A stretch of DNA of 45,624 bases from a virus. This document shows, piece after piece, positions 1-9,608 of this stretch. The stretch lies in UHGV virus genome UHGV-0133287; one strand, given 5' to 3'. The notes under the pieces were generated by a model that searched no databases, was not told the origin of the DNA, and saw only the letters and a list, made by a program, of their open reading frames with translations. The position numbers and the translations under genes are program-made. Numbering within the stretch: the stretch's first letter is position 1; each line of letters begins with the position of its first letter.

Positions 1-1501
1 TTTTAAATCCAATCTTCGCCAAGTCAGTATTTCGAATCCAGGCAAGGATTGAGTCATTTTCAAAAGTAAGCCCACCGGACAAAGTATCGCCATTTTTTTG
101 CACGGCGTTACCAGCCCTGTTTACCGTTTCCTGTAAACCGAGGTATTCGATAACGGCGGCAACGGTCGATTTCGCAAGAATATCCCGCCCGACTTTTGTC
201 AGAGTTGCCAGGCTGGCGACATCATTCCCCGTAAAATACGGAAACCTGTCTGCCGCAGTAGCAAGCCCGGCCAGCGCCGTCAGGGTGGCATCTTTCGGTT
301 GCTTACCCGCAAGCGCGTTAGTCATGGTGGTCGCAAAATTCGGGTCGTTTCCCAGCGCCGCCGCTAACTCGTTCAGCGTATTCAGTGCGTCAGGTGACGA
401 ATCTACAAGGGCGGCAATCGCAGCCATAACATAAGCCGTGCTTGCGATCTGAGTATTGTTAGTACCTTTTGGCGCAGTTGGTGTTGTTGGTGTTCCGGTC
501 AGCGCCGGACTGTTCAGGGGCGCTTTCTTGTTCGTTTCATCCATTACCACCTTTACAGCTTTCGATGTCGCGGCCAGTGTTTCAGACGTGCTGTTGGTGG
601 CACTACTGAGCTGAGTTATTCCCCTTACAGTCAGTGAAGCTACAGGCACATTTGTTATCTGCTCCCACGAATGCGTGTGATTGGACGGAGCCTTTCCGGC
701 CGCAAGATCATACGCTGCCTTAACAGCCTTTGGTGTTGCTGCCAGCGTTTCAGACGTGCTGTTGGTGGCACTACTGAGCTGAACAATCCCTTTTCGCGCT
801 GTGGTAGCGTCCTGTGCGGTGTATTTAGCATTAGCCAGGTCATATGCTGCCTTAACAGCCTTAGGCGTCGCAGCAAGCGTTTCAGACGCGCTATTGGTGG
901 CGCTGCTAAGTTGAACAAAGCCTTTTGAGGTTAAAGTTGCATCAGGATGATTACGTGATTGCTCATGTTTCACAATGGCTTGCTTAAGCCGTTTTGCTGA
1001 AACAGCAAGGGAATCATCTGTACCTGCATCAATTTCTTGTTCATTAGCAAATCTTGCCACCCCAACAACAGTTTCGGTCGCGGGAGGATTAATAAACTCA
1101 ATATCACCAAATGTAATATTTTTAGTATCAAGAGTTTTAATTGCTATATCACTTGATATTAAAGCGATAGTAGATGATGCTTTATTTATTATTGCTTGTT
1201 CTTGTGAGTATACAGCAAACAACGTACCCTTATTCGTATACAATCCTATTGTATGGACAACATACTCATCTTTACTATCATCCTTCGCTGTTACATGAAT
1301 TGTATCAGGGGAAACAACTTTGCCACCTATTGTGGTAAGTCGTTTTATTTCGTTTGTTATATTTGTTTGTGAAGTTGACGTGACATAATATCTACTACCT
1401 AAACCAACAGAAACAATCTCAACTTTATTTGTTCCTGTTTTGTTGGCATTAACCAGCTCCTGACGCCCGGCGTCAGTCATCGTAAATAATAATTTACTCA
1501 C
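1..1501 (-). CDS. tail fibre protein, constant N-terminal part (3' end runs off window start)
   Basis: Minus-strand ORF absent from the ORF track because it has no in-window stop. Start is GTG 1501 (AAGGA 7 nt upstream) or ATG 1480. My translation contains three tandem ~50-aa repeats GIVQLSSATNS(T/A)SETLAATPKAVKAAYDLA, typical of phage tail-fibre repeat domains. It follows the baseplate I-like gene. Confidence 0.75.
   Translation of the reverse strand, partial: MSKLLFTMTDAGRQELVNANKTGTNKVEIVSVGLGSRYYVTSTSQTNITNEIKRLTTIGGKVVSPDTIHVTAKDDSKDEYVVHTIGLYTNKGTLFAVYSQEQAIINKASSTIALISSDIAIKTLDTKNITFGDIEFINPPATETVVGVARFANEQEIDAGTDDSLAVSAKRLKQAIVKHEQSRNHPDATLTSKGFVQLSSATNSASETLAATPKAVKAAYDLANAKYTAQDATTARKGIVQLSSATNSTSETLAATPKAVKAAYDLAAGKAPSNHTHSWEQITNVPVASLTVRGITQLSSATNSTSETLAATSKAVKVVMDETNKKAPLNSPALTGTPTTPTAPKGTNNTQIASTAYVMAAIAALVDSSPDALNTLNELAAALGNDPNFATTMTNALAGKQPKDATLTALAGLATAADRFPYFTGNDVASLATLTKVGRDILAKSTVAAVIEYLGLQETVNRAGNAVQKNGDTLSGGLTFENDSILAWIRNTDLAKIGFK
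125..150. other. gix/hix-like invertase crossover site inside the tail-fibre gene
   Basis: Minus-strand sequence TCGAATACC-TC-GGTTTACAGGAA resembles the Mu gix half-sites as I recall them. A similar copy in inverted orientation lies at 45367-45392 next to the invertase gene. It encodes LGLQET in the fibre reading frame. Confidence 0.5.
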
Positions 1502-1531
1502 GCTTAATTCCTTGAATTAACAAATTGCGAA

Positions 1532-2113
1532 TTAGCACTCGCCAATTAATCGTACATAAGACACAGGCTGACAAGCACCAACAATACCGACACCACCAGA
1601 AACATTGGCTGCTTGCGAAAATGTAAATAATGTTCTTGCCGACTTTGCGCTCTTGATACTTCTTAACGTATCTTCCAACATCTCTTTCGAAGGAACGGCA
1701 CCATCAAAAGAGTTAATCGAAGCAACAATTGAGGCTGTATATGGTTCGCCAGGTGGTGATGTTTCAAACCATTCTGTTATGTTTACCTCTCCACCCAAGC
1801 TATTTACTACATCTTCAACCGCTGCCCTTGTACCCTTTATTCGCTTTGTTCGTATTATTGATTTAAAAACAGAACGCTTTAACGATACAGGCCAACTATC
1901 CCTCCATGTATCAGCATTCCATTGCCAAGCTAAATGATCGAGAACAACTGAGTCCAGGTTATCAACAACGCTATATATTTCTGTCTTATATATTAAATTG
2001 TTAATTGCTTGTAGTTCATCATCAATAGCTTTCGACATAGCTATCACGTTGGGATCTCTAGCTAAGTTAGGAGGTAAAACATCCAACAAGCTAACATTAA
2101 AGATATCAGCCAT
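1532..2113 (-). CDS. baseplate/tail protein, P2 gpI-like
   Basis: 193-aa ORF between the baseplate J-like gene and the fibre gene, the position of gpI in P2/Mu-type tail modules. Family assignment from position and recalled similarity. Confidence 0.5.
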   Translation of the reverse strand: MADIFNVSLLDVLPPNLARDPNVIAMSKAIDDELQAINNLIYKTEIYSVVDNLDSVVLDHLAWQWNADTWRDSWPVSLKRSVFKSIIRTKRIKGTRAAVEDVVNSLGGEVNITEWFETSPPGEPYTASIVASINSFDGAVPSKEMLEDTLRSIKSAKSARTLFTFSQAANVSGGVGIVGACQPVSYVRLIGEC

Positions 2114-3230
2114 CCTCTAACCCCGCATACTGGCAATTTATATTTCTCTCTCTGGCGACCTGCGTCTCTCCAACTACAGTAAATACAGGACTTGATATTT
2201 CTAATCTTTTAGCCCCGGCATTTTTTAAACGTTGAATAATTTCATCTGGATTTATATCTCTTCCCATAACCGAACGTTGCCATTGTTTATACTCATCAAG
2301 AGCTTTCTCAACCTCACTTTGAATTAACGTTGTTCTGTTTTTGTCCGATGAGTTAATCCAGTATTTAATTATTATATCGTATTCAATGCTCTCTGGTTTC
2401 TTAACAAGAACTTTATCTGTGAATGGTCGAATATTAGTTGCAGAGAGAACGCTATTTATCTGCTCTAATAGTTCATCAGAAGGTATATCCCCGTTCTCTA
2501 ACAAAGAACGGATTTCTACAGTTCCGGGCGATGGTGTATATACATTCACATCTTTTATATTCTGATTGGCTGTTCTTGTCCAATATTTATAAGAATCCTC
2601 CGGCCCTGCTGTAGACAGTTTTTCCGGCGACAGTTTTATTCTTTCAGCATAATTATCATCTGACTCTGTATCAGCACCAGAATTAGATGTTGTTAGATTC
2701 CTTACGCTGGAAACATACGGCAACGGAGTCACCAACTCGTTTATTTGCCCAGGTAAAAACCCATTCCCCGATAAGCCAGGTATAACAGCATATCCTGAGA
2801 CTGTACCAACTGTTTTCCCAGCTGGTATTTCCAACAAAACATCTGTTTGGAAAATAACACTATTTCCAGTTGAAATTTGAGTGCCAGCAGGTATTGTATA
2901 TATCCCCGATAATTTTGTTGACAGATTAAACTCAAATGTAGTCAAGGCAGATTGAGCTTCCAGCCTAGGCGTATCCGTCAGATAGCCTATATGGTCGAGA
3001 TATTCACCCCCACCATATGTAAGAAGGTTTTGTTTTGCAGAAAAATCGATAGCTTTTCTTTGCTGTATAATAATCTCACACAATGACAAGATGAATAATC
3101 TACGTGGATCAGCAGGTGCTAATGTTTCACCTGTTATACTCTCAAAAGCCCTGATTGAACGAGTTGTTATATCAGTCGGGTTAGAATCTGCGAAAGTAAT
3201 ATCTGGCAAACCACCGCGCGGCAACGTCAT
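2106..3230 (-). CDS. baseplate protein J-like
   Basis: 374-aa ORF downstream of the gp25/W-like gene, translationally overlapping its neighbours; size and position fit the baseplate wedge protein J family. Confidence 0.6.
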   Translation of the reverse strand: MTLPRGGLPDITFADSNPTDITTRSIRAFESITGETLAPADPRRLFILSLCEIIIQQRKAIDFSAKQNLLTYGGGEYLDHIGYLTDTPRLEAQSALTTFEFNLSTKLSGIYTIPAGTQISTGNSVIFQTDVLLEIPAGKTVGTVSGYAVIPGLSGNGFLPGQINELVTPLPYVSSVRNLTTSNSGADTESDDNYAERIKLSPEKLSTAGPEDSYKYWTRTANQNIKDVNVYTPSPGTVEIRSLLENGDIPSDELLEQINSVLSATNIRPFTDKVLVKKPESIEYDIIIKYWINSSDKNRTTLIQSEVEKALDEYKQWQRSVMGRDINPDEIIQRLKNAGAKRLEISSPVFTVVGETQVARERNINCQYAGLEDG

Positions 3231-3547
3231 TCTCTAACTCCTATCACAAGTTTTGGCCTAATAAAACCATCAGAAACGTCCGTTCTTTCAAAAGTAACAG
3301 AATGGATAATCGCTCTAGGCTCAAACTCACTAATTTTTTGAATTATTTCTCGTGTTGCTGTAGCAATAAAAATTGGGCTAGGGCTATCAACAAGACTTGA
3401 ATTAACTCCTAATTTTCTGGCATATGGTACAGTGCCAATCTGAGTATTAATAATAGTAGAGACATTTTGCAAAACTTCTTCTACAACTGTTTTGGGCGAC
3501 CAATCAATCGAGTAAGAAGGTGATGATATGGTAAACGTATTATTCAT
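3227..3547 (-). CDS. baseplate protein gpW/gp25-like
   Basis: 106-aa ORF between the spike region and J-like gene; size and context fit the gp25/W family. Confidence 0.55.
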   Translation of the reverse strand: MNNTFTISSPSYSIDWSPKTVVEEVLQNVSTIINTQIGTVPYARKLGVNSSLVDSPSPIFIATATREIIQKISEFEPRAIIHSVTFERTDVSDGFIRPKLVIGVRE

Positions 3548-4011
3548 AATAATTTACCTAACGCACTTCTAGTTTTTGACTCTATATTGCCAGCAATATC
3601 AACTAATGCTTCTTTCAGAGAGGTCTGTCCGACTTCCTGTAATTTAATACCGACGATAATCACTCGTGGATTCCCAGTTGGACCGAAATAAGTCCATGAT
3701 TCCTCTATATCTGTAATTATAAAATTACCAAAATACTGAATACCAATTACAACAGGATTTACTTCCTGAATTGATTGCATTGTCCTAAGTAATGAAAGCG
3801 CAGCCAATGGAACAATGCCAAGTGTTGTATCCAACCGCATATTAAAACTAACTTCATCCAGATCTGGACCTATATCCTCCAGAACAGGTTTAAGCCCAAT
3901 AACATCATGGCGCGCTACACGACGCTTTGACGTCCTTTTAAAATTGTTGAACGTATTCACCACTATTGATGAGGCAACAAAAGGCATTGTACCAAGCATA
4001 CCCACAATCAT
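3544..4011 (-). CDS. hypothetical tail/baseplate-associated protein
   Basis: 155-aa ORF with start/stop overlaps to its neighbours inside the baseplate cluster; no motif recognised. Confidence 0.35.
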   Translation of the reverse strand: MIVGMLGTMPFVASSIVVNTFNNFKRTSKRRVARHDVIGLKPVLEDIGPDLDEVSFNMRLDTTLGIVPLAALSLLRTMQSIQEVNPVVIGIQYFGNFIITDIEESWTYFGPTGNPRVIIVGIKLQEVGQTSLKEALVDIAGNIESKTRSALGKLL

Positions 4012-4628
4012 GCCTGAGCCTCCGTTGTCGGAGCGTATTCCCCCTGAGCCGTGTGATGGTGGCCTTTAGATTTAATCCCATCAACATCTATATCACCACC
4101 AACAACCTTAACATCCCCAGAAATTGTAGCTGCAACACCTCCAGCAGAAGATCCTTTCATTCCACCTTTGAAGGTTAGTAATCCTTCAACTGTAGCATTT
4201 CCGGTAATGATGGTTTCTGGAGCATCAATAGTTACGGTTCCTGTAGCCTTAACGGTTACATCTCCGACAGCATCAACAAGGAGTAAATTAGATTCTCTGT
4301 CTACCTCAATACGAGTTCCGTTATTAAATCTAATGACGCGTTTATTAACAGTATTAGATGGCGGCTTCTGTGTTTCATCATAAAAACTACCAAGAATAAA
4401 ACCTTGTTGCGGCCCTGCGGGATGAAAGATACACAAAACTTGCTCACCAATATCTGGCATCCAGTAATCAGCATTCTTATCCGTATTTTTCACAATAACT
4501 GATAACTTTGCCGAAGTGACGTTATCCTGATCATCGAAAGTAACTCTTGCTGTAACATCACCATCATCAATATCAGAAACAACGCCAACTCTTATAGTCT
4601 GACGTAATAATGTTTCTAAATCATTCAT
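4008..4628 (-). CDS. baseplate spike protein, gpV-like
   Basis: 206-aa ORF whose N-terminal half (VGVVSDIDDGDVTARV...EQVLCIFHP) looks like the OB-fold of gpV/gp45-type spikes, followed by a Gly-rich C-terminal region. Confidence 0.55.
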   Translation of the reverse strand: MNDLETLLRQTIRVGVVSDIDDGDVTARVTFDDQDNVTSAKLSVIVKNTDKNADYWMPDIGEQVLCIFHPAGPQQGFILGSFYDETQKPPSNTVNKRVIRFNNGTRIEVDRESNLLLVDAVGDVTVKATGTVTIDAPETIITGNATVEGLLTFKGGMKGSSAGGVAATISGDVKVVGGDIDVDGIKSKGHHHTAQGEYAPTTEAQA

Positions 4629-4630
4629 AA

Positions 4631-5632
4631 TTAATACCCATTAATTACTCTTCGGACATCAATCGAGGTGGTATAACCACTAGCCCCAATTGAATGCACA
4701 GCTTTCGATATAAGATATTTTCCAGAAAATGAACCGAATCCGTCCAGATTTATAGTTACACCAGCTACCAATCTGGTGTCTCCAACCAATACTAAAGATC
4801 CTGTATTTTGATATCTATTTTTAAGCCGCAAAGCAGCCTTTGCCTTACGTTTTGCTTCATCTAAATTAGCTACCAGTTTTCTTATCTTAAGATTCGCCCC
4901 TTCTTCTACGGATGGATCTACCCAAGTATACGAAAGCGACTTTCTTTTTTTAGGTACGCGATATTTGCACGTGCAACTTTTATACAAATCTGTAGATTGT
5001 GTGCTAAAGCTATATCTGATTATCTCATCAATACCTAACGTAAGCGTAGCGATAGGATCTTTTTGCTCAAACATCTCTTGAGCAAATATTATTAATTGGC
5101 TATCAGTGACCTTTAACGACAACCCTTCATCCTGGCATAGTCGATGGAGAAATTTTAAATCGCTTTCCTCCATTTGATCTTCACGCGCATAATATGGATT
5201 ACTATCACCATCAATAAGAAACAACAGTTCAAGGTTAGCTAATTTAGCTATAGAGGTTGCTATATCTTTAAGAGTTGTTTTTTCCCATGCATTACTTTTT
5301 AAATCACGTCTAATGCCTGATGAAACAGGAACAGAAACAGCAGTCACCTCAACAACAGAAGGTGATCCAGAGCAAGTTATGCCATCTACCTGGAATTTCC
5401 CGCACTCAAGGACGATTTGATTTATAGGCTTAAAGCTCAAATCAATAAAATCACCCTTTTTAGGTGTCCAGTCTCCAGACCATTTCCCATCATCATTTTT
5501 TAATATAATAGAAATATCATCGACCTGACCATCTTCATTATCTGTATAAGACATTGACAAAACATCAGGTGACATATGAGCGGTAATATTTACATTCTGA
5601 TATATAACATCAAAAAGCGTTTTACGTAACAC
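4631..5632 (-). CDS. tail protein, gpD-like (late control D family)
   Basis: 333-aa ORF between the X-like and V-like genes, the context of the D protein in P2/Mu-type tails. Confidence 0.45.
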   Translation of the reverse strand: MLRKTLFDVIYQNVNITAHMSPDVLSMSYTDNEDGQVDDISIILKNDDGKWSGDWTPKKGDFIDLSFKPINQIVLECGKFQVDGITCSGSPSVVEVTAVSVPVSSGIRRDLKSNAWEKTTLKDIATSIAKLANLELLFLIDGDSNPYYAREDQMEESDLKFLHRLCQDEGLSLKVTDSQLIIFAQEMFEQKDPIATLTLGIDEIIRYSFSTQSTDLYKSCTCKYRVPKKRKSLSYTWVDPSVEEGANLKIRKLVANLDEAKRKAKAALRLKNRYQNTGSLVLVGDTRLVAGVTINLDGFGSFSGKYLISKAVHSIGASGYTTSIDVRRVINGY

Positions 5633-5840
5633 TATTGCGTCTCCACGGAGGCAAATTGTTTACTGATATTGGCATAACCGGAGCATCAGGAACTTTAAGA
5701 ATAATTCCCGCAGAAAAAAGCACCGTAAAGCGGTGCTCAGTATTAGCATCAATAAGAAGATAAGACAGGTACTCATTACCATACAACTTTAACGCGATAC
5801 TATCCCATGAGTCCCCTTGAACCGTTCTATAATCATCCAA
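5622..5840 (-). CDS. tail protein X-like (LysM-like)
   Basis: 72-aa ORF immediately after the tape measure gene; N-terminus DDYRTVQGDSWDSIALKLYG is LysM-like, as in P2 gpX. Confidence 0.45.
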   Translation of the reverse strand: MDDYRTVQGDSWDSIALKLYGNEYLSYLLIDANTEHRFTVLFSAGIILKVPDAPVMPISVNNLPPWRRNSVT

Positions 5841-8625
5841 AACTTAATCTCCGTTGTTGGAACATATGAGCACTCAATTTCTTCTCAAAATCAGAATATC
5901 CCGCATCTAATGCTCTTTTAGCTGCCGCCTCAGTTTTCTTTGGTGAACCAGCCGGAAGATTGATTACAGGTGAATAGGTTATTCCACCAGTCACAGCATT
6001 AACGTTCTGGCGAGGTCCAGAAGTCCCGGCGGCAGATATCCCGTGAGGTGATAAATTTGATTGCCCGAACTTGGTTGCTATTGCATTCTGTAAGCTGTTA
6101 TTTCTGCTAACGCCTGATGCCAGAGTAGTCATTATTGCACCACCTGACTTTGTTAGCTGTGAGAATGGACCTTTTTTCGCGTCAGAGAACGGTAAATACT
6201 CACGTACAGAAGAAAAAACGCCTTTCACTTCATTAATTAAAGCATTTGCTTTTGATTTTATCCCAGTGATTAACGTCTCAATTATTTTTGCGCCTGACTC
6301 ACTCCAGTTTATTCCAGACAAATAAGCCGTTACAGATTGGAATGCTCTTATAAAGAGTCCAACTGGTGAAAAACGCATAAAAACAGATACCAGTGTATCT
6401 ATGATTTTCTTTCCTGTTTCGCTCCAGTTAATACCAGAAAGGTAATTTGTTGTAAGTTTAAATGCTTTAATTAAGAACGGAAGCGGAGACATCCATTTAA
6501 AAGCACTAATTAATGTACTGTAAATTCTTACTCCTGCCGAACTCCAGTTTATGTTGGAAAGATAATCCCATGCTTTACCAAACATAGATATAATCCATCC
6601 ATTGAGATCAAAGTTTAAGATAAAGTTTTTTATAGCTTCAAACGATTTAACTGTATATTCCTTAACAGAAGGCCAAACTCTGACAGCATAATCTCTGATC
6701 TTATCCCAGTTCTGATAGAGCAATATTCCTGCGGCAACCAGCGCAGATATAGCCATCTGAATCCACCCGAAGGGTGTTAGCTTTGTCGCTACAGATAAAG
6801 CCAGCATAGCTACCCTACACGCTATAACCACACTTTTCATGGTTAGAAACGCACCTGCCGCCATCACAATCTGAGACACAAAATTGGGGTTGTTAGCTAC
6901 AAATTCACTAATTTTTGTAATCAGCGGAACCAAAACACTAAGCGCGGCATTCAAAGCAGGTTGCAAGGCCTGACCAAAACTTAATGATGCATTGCTAGCC
7001 TGAATACGTAATTGTTTCAATCGCTCCGCATTGTCTTTCGTTATGTTGGCAAAATCGCGGTCAATAACAGCACTTCCAGCACCAAGAGATGTTGCTTTGA
7101 TTCTCTGGTATTCCTTCCAGTTTTGAATCATCGGACGAACAAAGTTCTGAACCTGCATATCGCCAAATAGCTCACCAAGTAACTTCTGATCTCCGTTCTT
7201 AGTCATTTTCATGACAGAATGCATTGCAGCTTCGAATGGATTCTTCCCTTTTTTCTGCGCTGTTGTGACAATTTTATATAAATCTACACCGAAATTTTTC
7301 TTTGCTTTTTTTAGTGTTTCAGGGGAAAGTATTTTCGCCAAAAAGTTGTTCATATTATTAGCAGCCTCATCCGAAGTTGCAGCACCTTTGCGAGCTATCT
7401 GCAAAGCTGCCCCCATCGTCGCGGCGGCTTCTTTACCTCCCATTTTTAATGCCTGGAACTGAGCACCAAGCACAGGAAGATTTTTGGCCATATCTTTAAA
7501 TTCAAAGTTTCCCTCTTTCCCTGCCTGAACCAGAATCCCCATTGCAGACTTCATTTGAGATGGATCAATCTTCAATGAGTCACTTAATGTAAATGATGCT
7601 TTCGAGACATCGAGGATATCAGAGCCAGTAGCTGTAGCTGTTCGCCCAATAGTTAGTAGATTCGCCTGAGCCTCTTTATAATCCTGCCCAGCAGCGACGA
7701 GAAAACCCTGAGCGGCCTGAATATCAGATGCAAACTGGTTGGTGGCCGTTCCGGTAACAAGCATCGCCTGCCCCATCGCCTGAACTTCTTCTGGCTTCAT
7801 ATCTGCCGTAAGACCAATCATTTTGTTTTCACGATTGAAATTTGCTGCATTGTTAGCAGCAGCAAATGCACCAGCCGCTACAGCACCAGTTTGTAATCCT
7901 GACCTTACAAGTTGACTCTTTGCCTCACCAAGATGCTCTCGCTTCAATTCACGCTGCCTTTCCAACGCGCGGTTTAACTCCTCCTGAGCACGTTTTACTG
8001 CAAGAACATTTTTCCGTGCTTCAGCCAACGCATTTTTATAGCTGTTAATTTTATCAATACGTTGTTTTTCTAATGCCCGGTTAAGTTCCTCCTGCTGTTT
8101 TTTCACTTGCTGAACATTTGCTCTGGCTAAAGCCAAAGCCGTTCTGTAGCGGTTAACCTGCTCAACGCTACGGACCTGAGCCTCACGATTACGATCAATG
8201 CTGGCTTTAAGCTCTTTCTCTCTTGAGGCCAAAGCTCTGGCAGATGTATCAGCTCCCTGATAGGCAGACTTTAAAGCGGCCAGTTCTTCACGCTGAGAAC
8301 GTAGTGATGCTCGTAAATTCGATGAATGTGTTTTTGCCTTCTCAAAGTCACGAAGCATCGCTCTGGTTGGATTGGCCGTGTTTTTTATTTGCTTCTGTAA
8401 CTCTTCAACGCGAGCGGCAGCTTTATGATATTCGAGGGCAGTCTGTCCAACCTTTACTTTTACAGATTGTAGCTTTTGAATTTCCCCATGTTCTTTCGTT
8501 AATCCAGCAAGCTCGGCATTTAATTTAGCAACAGCCTGATTAGCTGTAGTAAAACTTTTGGGGAGAGAGGCGGCAACTTTGCCGCCAATTTCAAAAGCCA
8601 GCTTAAAGTTCTTATTGCTGGCCAT
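5833..8625 (-). CDS. tail tape measure protein
   Basis: 930-aa ORF directly after the frameshifted chaperone pair; N-terminal half is Ala/Lys/Glu-rich coiled-coil-like with repeated segments, C-terminal half has hydrophobic stretches. Confidence 0.8.
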   Translation of the reverse strand: MASNKNFKLAFEIGGKVAASLPKSFTTANQAVAKLNAELAGLTKEHGEIQKLQSVKVKVGQTALEYHKAAARVEELQKQIKNTANPTRAMLRDFEKAKTHSSNLRASLRSQREELAALKSAYQGADTSARALASREKELKASIDRNREAQVRSVEQVNRYRTALALARANVQQVKKQQEELNRALEKQRIDKINSYKNALAEARKNVLAVKRAQEELNRALERQRELKREHLGEAKSQLVRSGLQTGAVAAGAFAAANNAANFNRENKMIGLTADMKPEEVQAMGQAMLVTGTATNQFASDIQAAQGFLVAAGQDYKEAQANLLTIGRTATATGSDILDVSKASFTLSDSLKIDPSQMKSAMGILVQAGKEGNFEFKDMAKNLPVLGAQFQALKMGGKEAAATMGAALQIARKGAATSDEAANNMNNFLAKILSPETLKKAKKNFGVDLYKIVTTAQKKGKNPFEAAMHSVMKMTKNGDQKLLGELFGDMQVQNFVRPMIQNWKEYQRIKATSLGAGSAVIDRDFANITKDNAERLKQLRIQASNASLSFGQALQPALNAALSVLVPLITKISEFVANNPNFVSQIVMAAGAFLTMKSVVIACRVAMLALSVATKLTPFGWIQMAISALVAAGILLYQNWDKIRDYAVRVWPSVKEYTVKSFEAIKNFILNFDLNGWIISMFGKAWDYLSNINWSSAGVRIYSTLISAFKWMSPLPFLIKAFKLTTNYLSGINWSETGKKIIDTLVSVFMRFSPVGLFIRAFQSVTAYLSGINWSESGAKIIETLITGIKSKANALINEVKGVFSSVREYLPFSDAKKGPFSQLTKSGGAIMTTLASGVSRNNSLQNAIATKFGQSNLSPHGISAAGTSGPRQNVNAVTGGITYSPVINLPAGSPKKTEAAAKRALDAGYSDFEKKLSAHMFQQRRLSFG

Positions 8626-8630
8626 TAGTA

Positions 8631-8813
8631 TTAATCCTCATTAAACACATCAATCCATGCGACGATTCGCCTCAACCGAAGCGAAAGCCAGTAGGATATA
8701 GGTGTTGATTGAGATGATTGAGATAGAGAACTCGCGGCCCTCATTATTTGCTTATCAATAGGTTTTTGCTCATCAAAACCTACGAGAGCAAAAAATTCTG
8801 TACCTTTTGACAA
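8631..8813 (-). CDS. tail assembly chaperone -1 frameshift extension (gpE+E'/GT-like)
   Basis: ORF in the -1 frame overlapping the 3' end of 8780-9061. After a -1 slip at TTTTTTG the reading continues FFALVGFDEQKP..., which matches this ORF's translation. Its own ATG is probably not used. Confidence 0.5.
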   Translation of the reverse strand: MSKGTEFFALVGFDEQKPIDKQIMRAASSLSQSSQSTPISYWLSLRLRRIVAWIDVFNED

Positions 8814-9061
8814 ACTTTAATAAAGTCTTTCGCTGGCAATCCATTCAGATACTCTATTGGACGGCCAATACAGCGAGCAGCCAAGGCTGCATGGACTTTA
8901 TTATCAAGTGATGTTTGAACTGAAACATGCCCTTGAGATTGCAGTAAGTCCGATACCTCTAAAATATCACTGCCTTTTAGGTTGTCTAAATCAAGGTTGA
9001 GTTCAGTCACCGGCTCAAAGTCTTCAAAACGATATTCTTTACTTAATTTAACGGTTTCCAT
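8780..9061 (-). CDS. tail assembly chaperone (gpE/G-like, frame-0 product)
   Basis: 93-aa ORF between the tail tube and tape measure genes; carries the T_TTT_TTG slippery heptamer (minus strand, 8789-8795) near its 3' end. Confidence 0.55.
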   Translation of the reverse strand: METVKLSKEYRFEDFEPVTELNLDLDNLKGSDILEVSDLLQSQGHVSVQTSLDNKVHAALAARCIGRPIEYLNGLPAKDFIKVCQKVQNFLLS

Positions 9062-9070
9062 TTTGTCACC

Positions 9071-9592
9071 TTATAAACCTAAATCATCACGAACGCTTTT
9101 TAATATATCTTCACCATCAAAGATACAAATAAAGTTCAACTTATCAATTTCCAAGACTTCTTTTCCATCAATAAATAATTTGATATAGAGAACTTCAAAT
9201 TCATTCTCTGAATCAGTAGCCTTTGCCACCTGTAGCGAACCTAAATCCAGTTTTTTAGGGTTTAGCTTCATTGAAGCCCGAATAGGAACCGTTTTATATT
9301 TTCCTGTTCCTGCATCATAAACCTGCTGGCTACCGCGAAAATCTACCTGATGCGATGAGGATAGAAATAATTTTGTACCAGCAGAGGTCAGAGTTCGCCA
9401 TTTAAGAGAGACAGTCATTGGTTTGAAATGCCCCAGCGTTCCGCTCTCAAGCTCTCCAGCGATACCTGCACCACTAACAGTTTCTGTCATCATCTCAATT
9501 GATGGCAGCTTTGCGTCAGCAACACCGATAATACGGTTTCCCTCACCGTATACTGTAAAGTTAATAAGTCTCTCAGGAATTTGATTGCTCAA
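9071..9592 (-). CDS. tail tube protein (FII-like)
   Basis: 173-aa ORF immediately downstream of the sheath gene; size and position typical of contractile-tail tube proteins. Confidence 0.65.
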   Translation of the reverse strand: MSNQIPERLINFTVYGEGNRIIGVADAKLPSIEMMTETVSGAGIAGELESGTLGHFKPMTVSLKWRTLTSAGTKLFLSSSHQVDFRGSQQVYDAGTGKYKTVPIRASMKLNPKKLDLGSLQVAKATDSENEFEVLYIKLFIDGKEVLEIDKLNFICIFDGEDILKSVRDDLGL

Positions 9593-9608
9593 AGCAACCT
9601 CCTATTAT

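Noticed and set aside
6071-6325. Plus-strand ORFs inside the tape measure gene (also 7211-7462, 7866-8048, 8223-8528)
   Set aside because: Antisense shadow ORFs within a 930-aa gene; no independent support.
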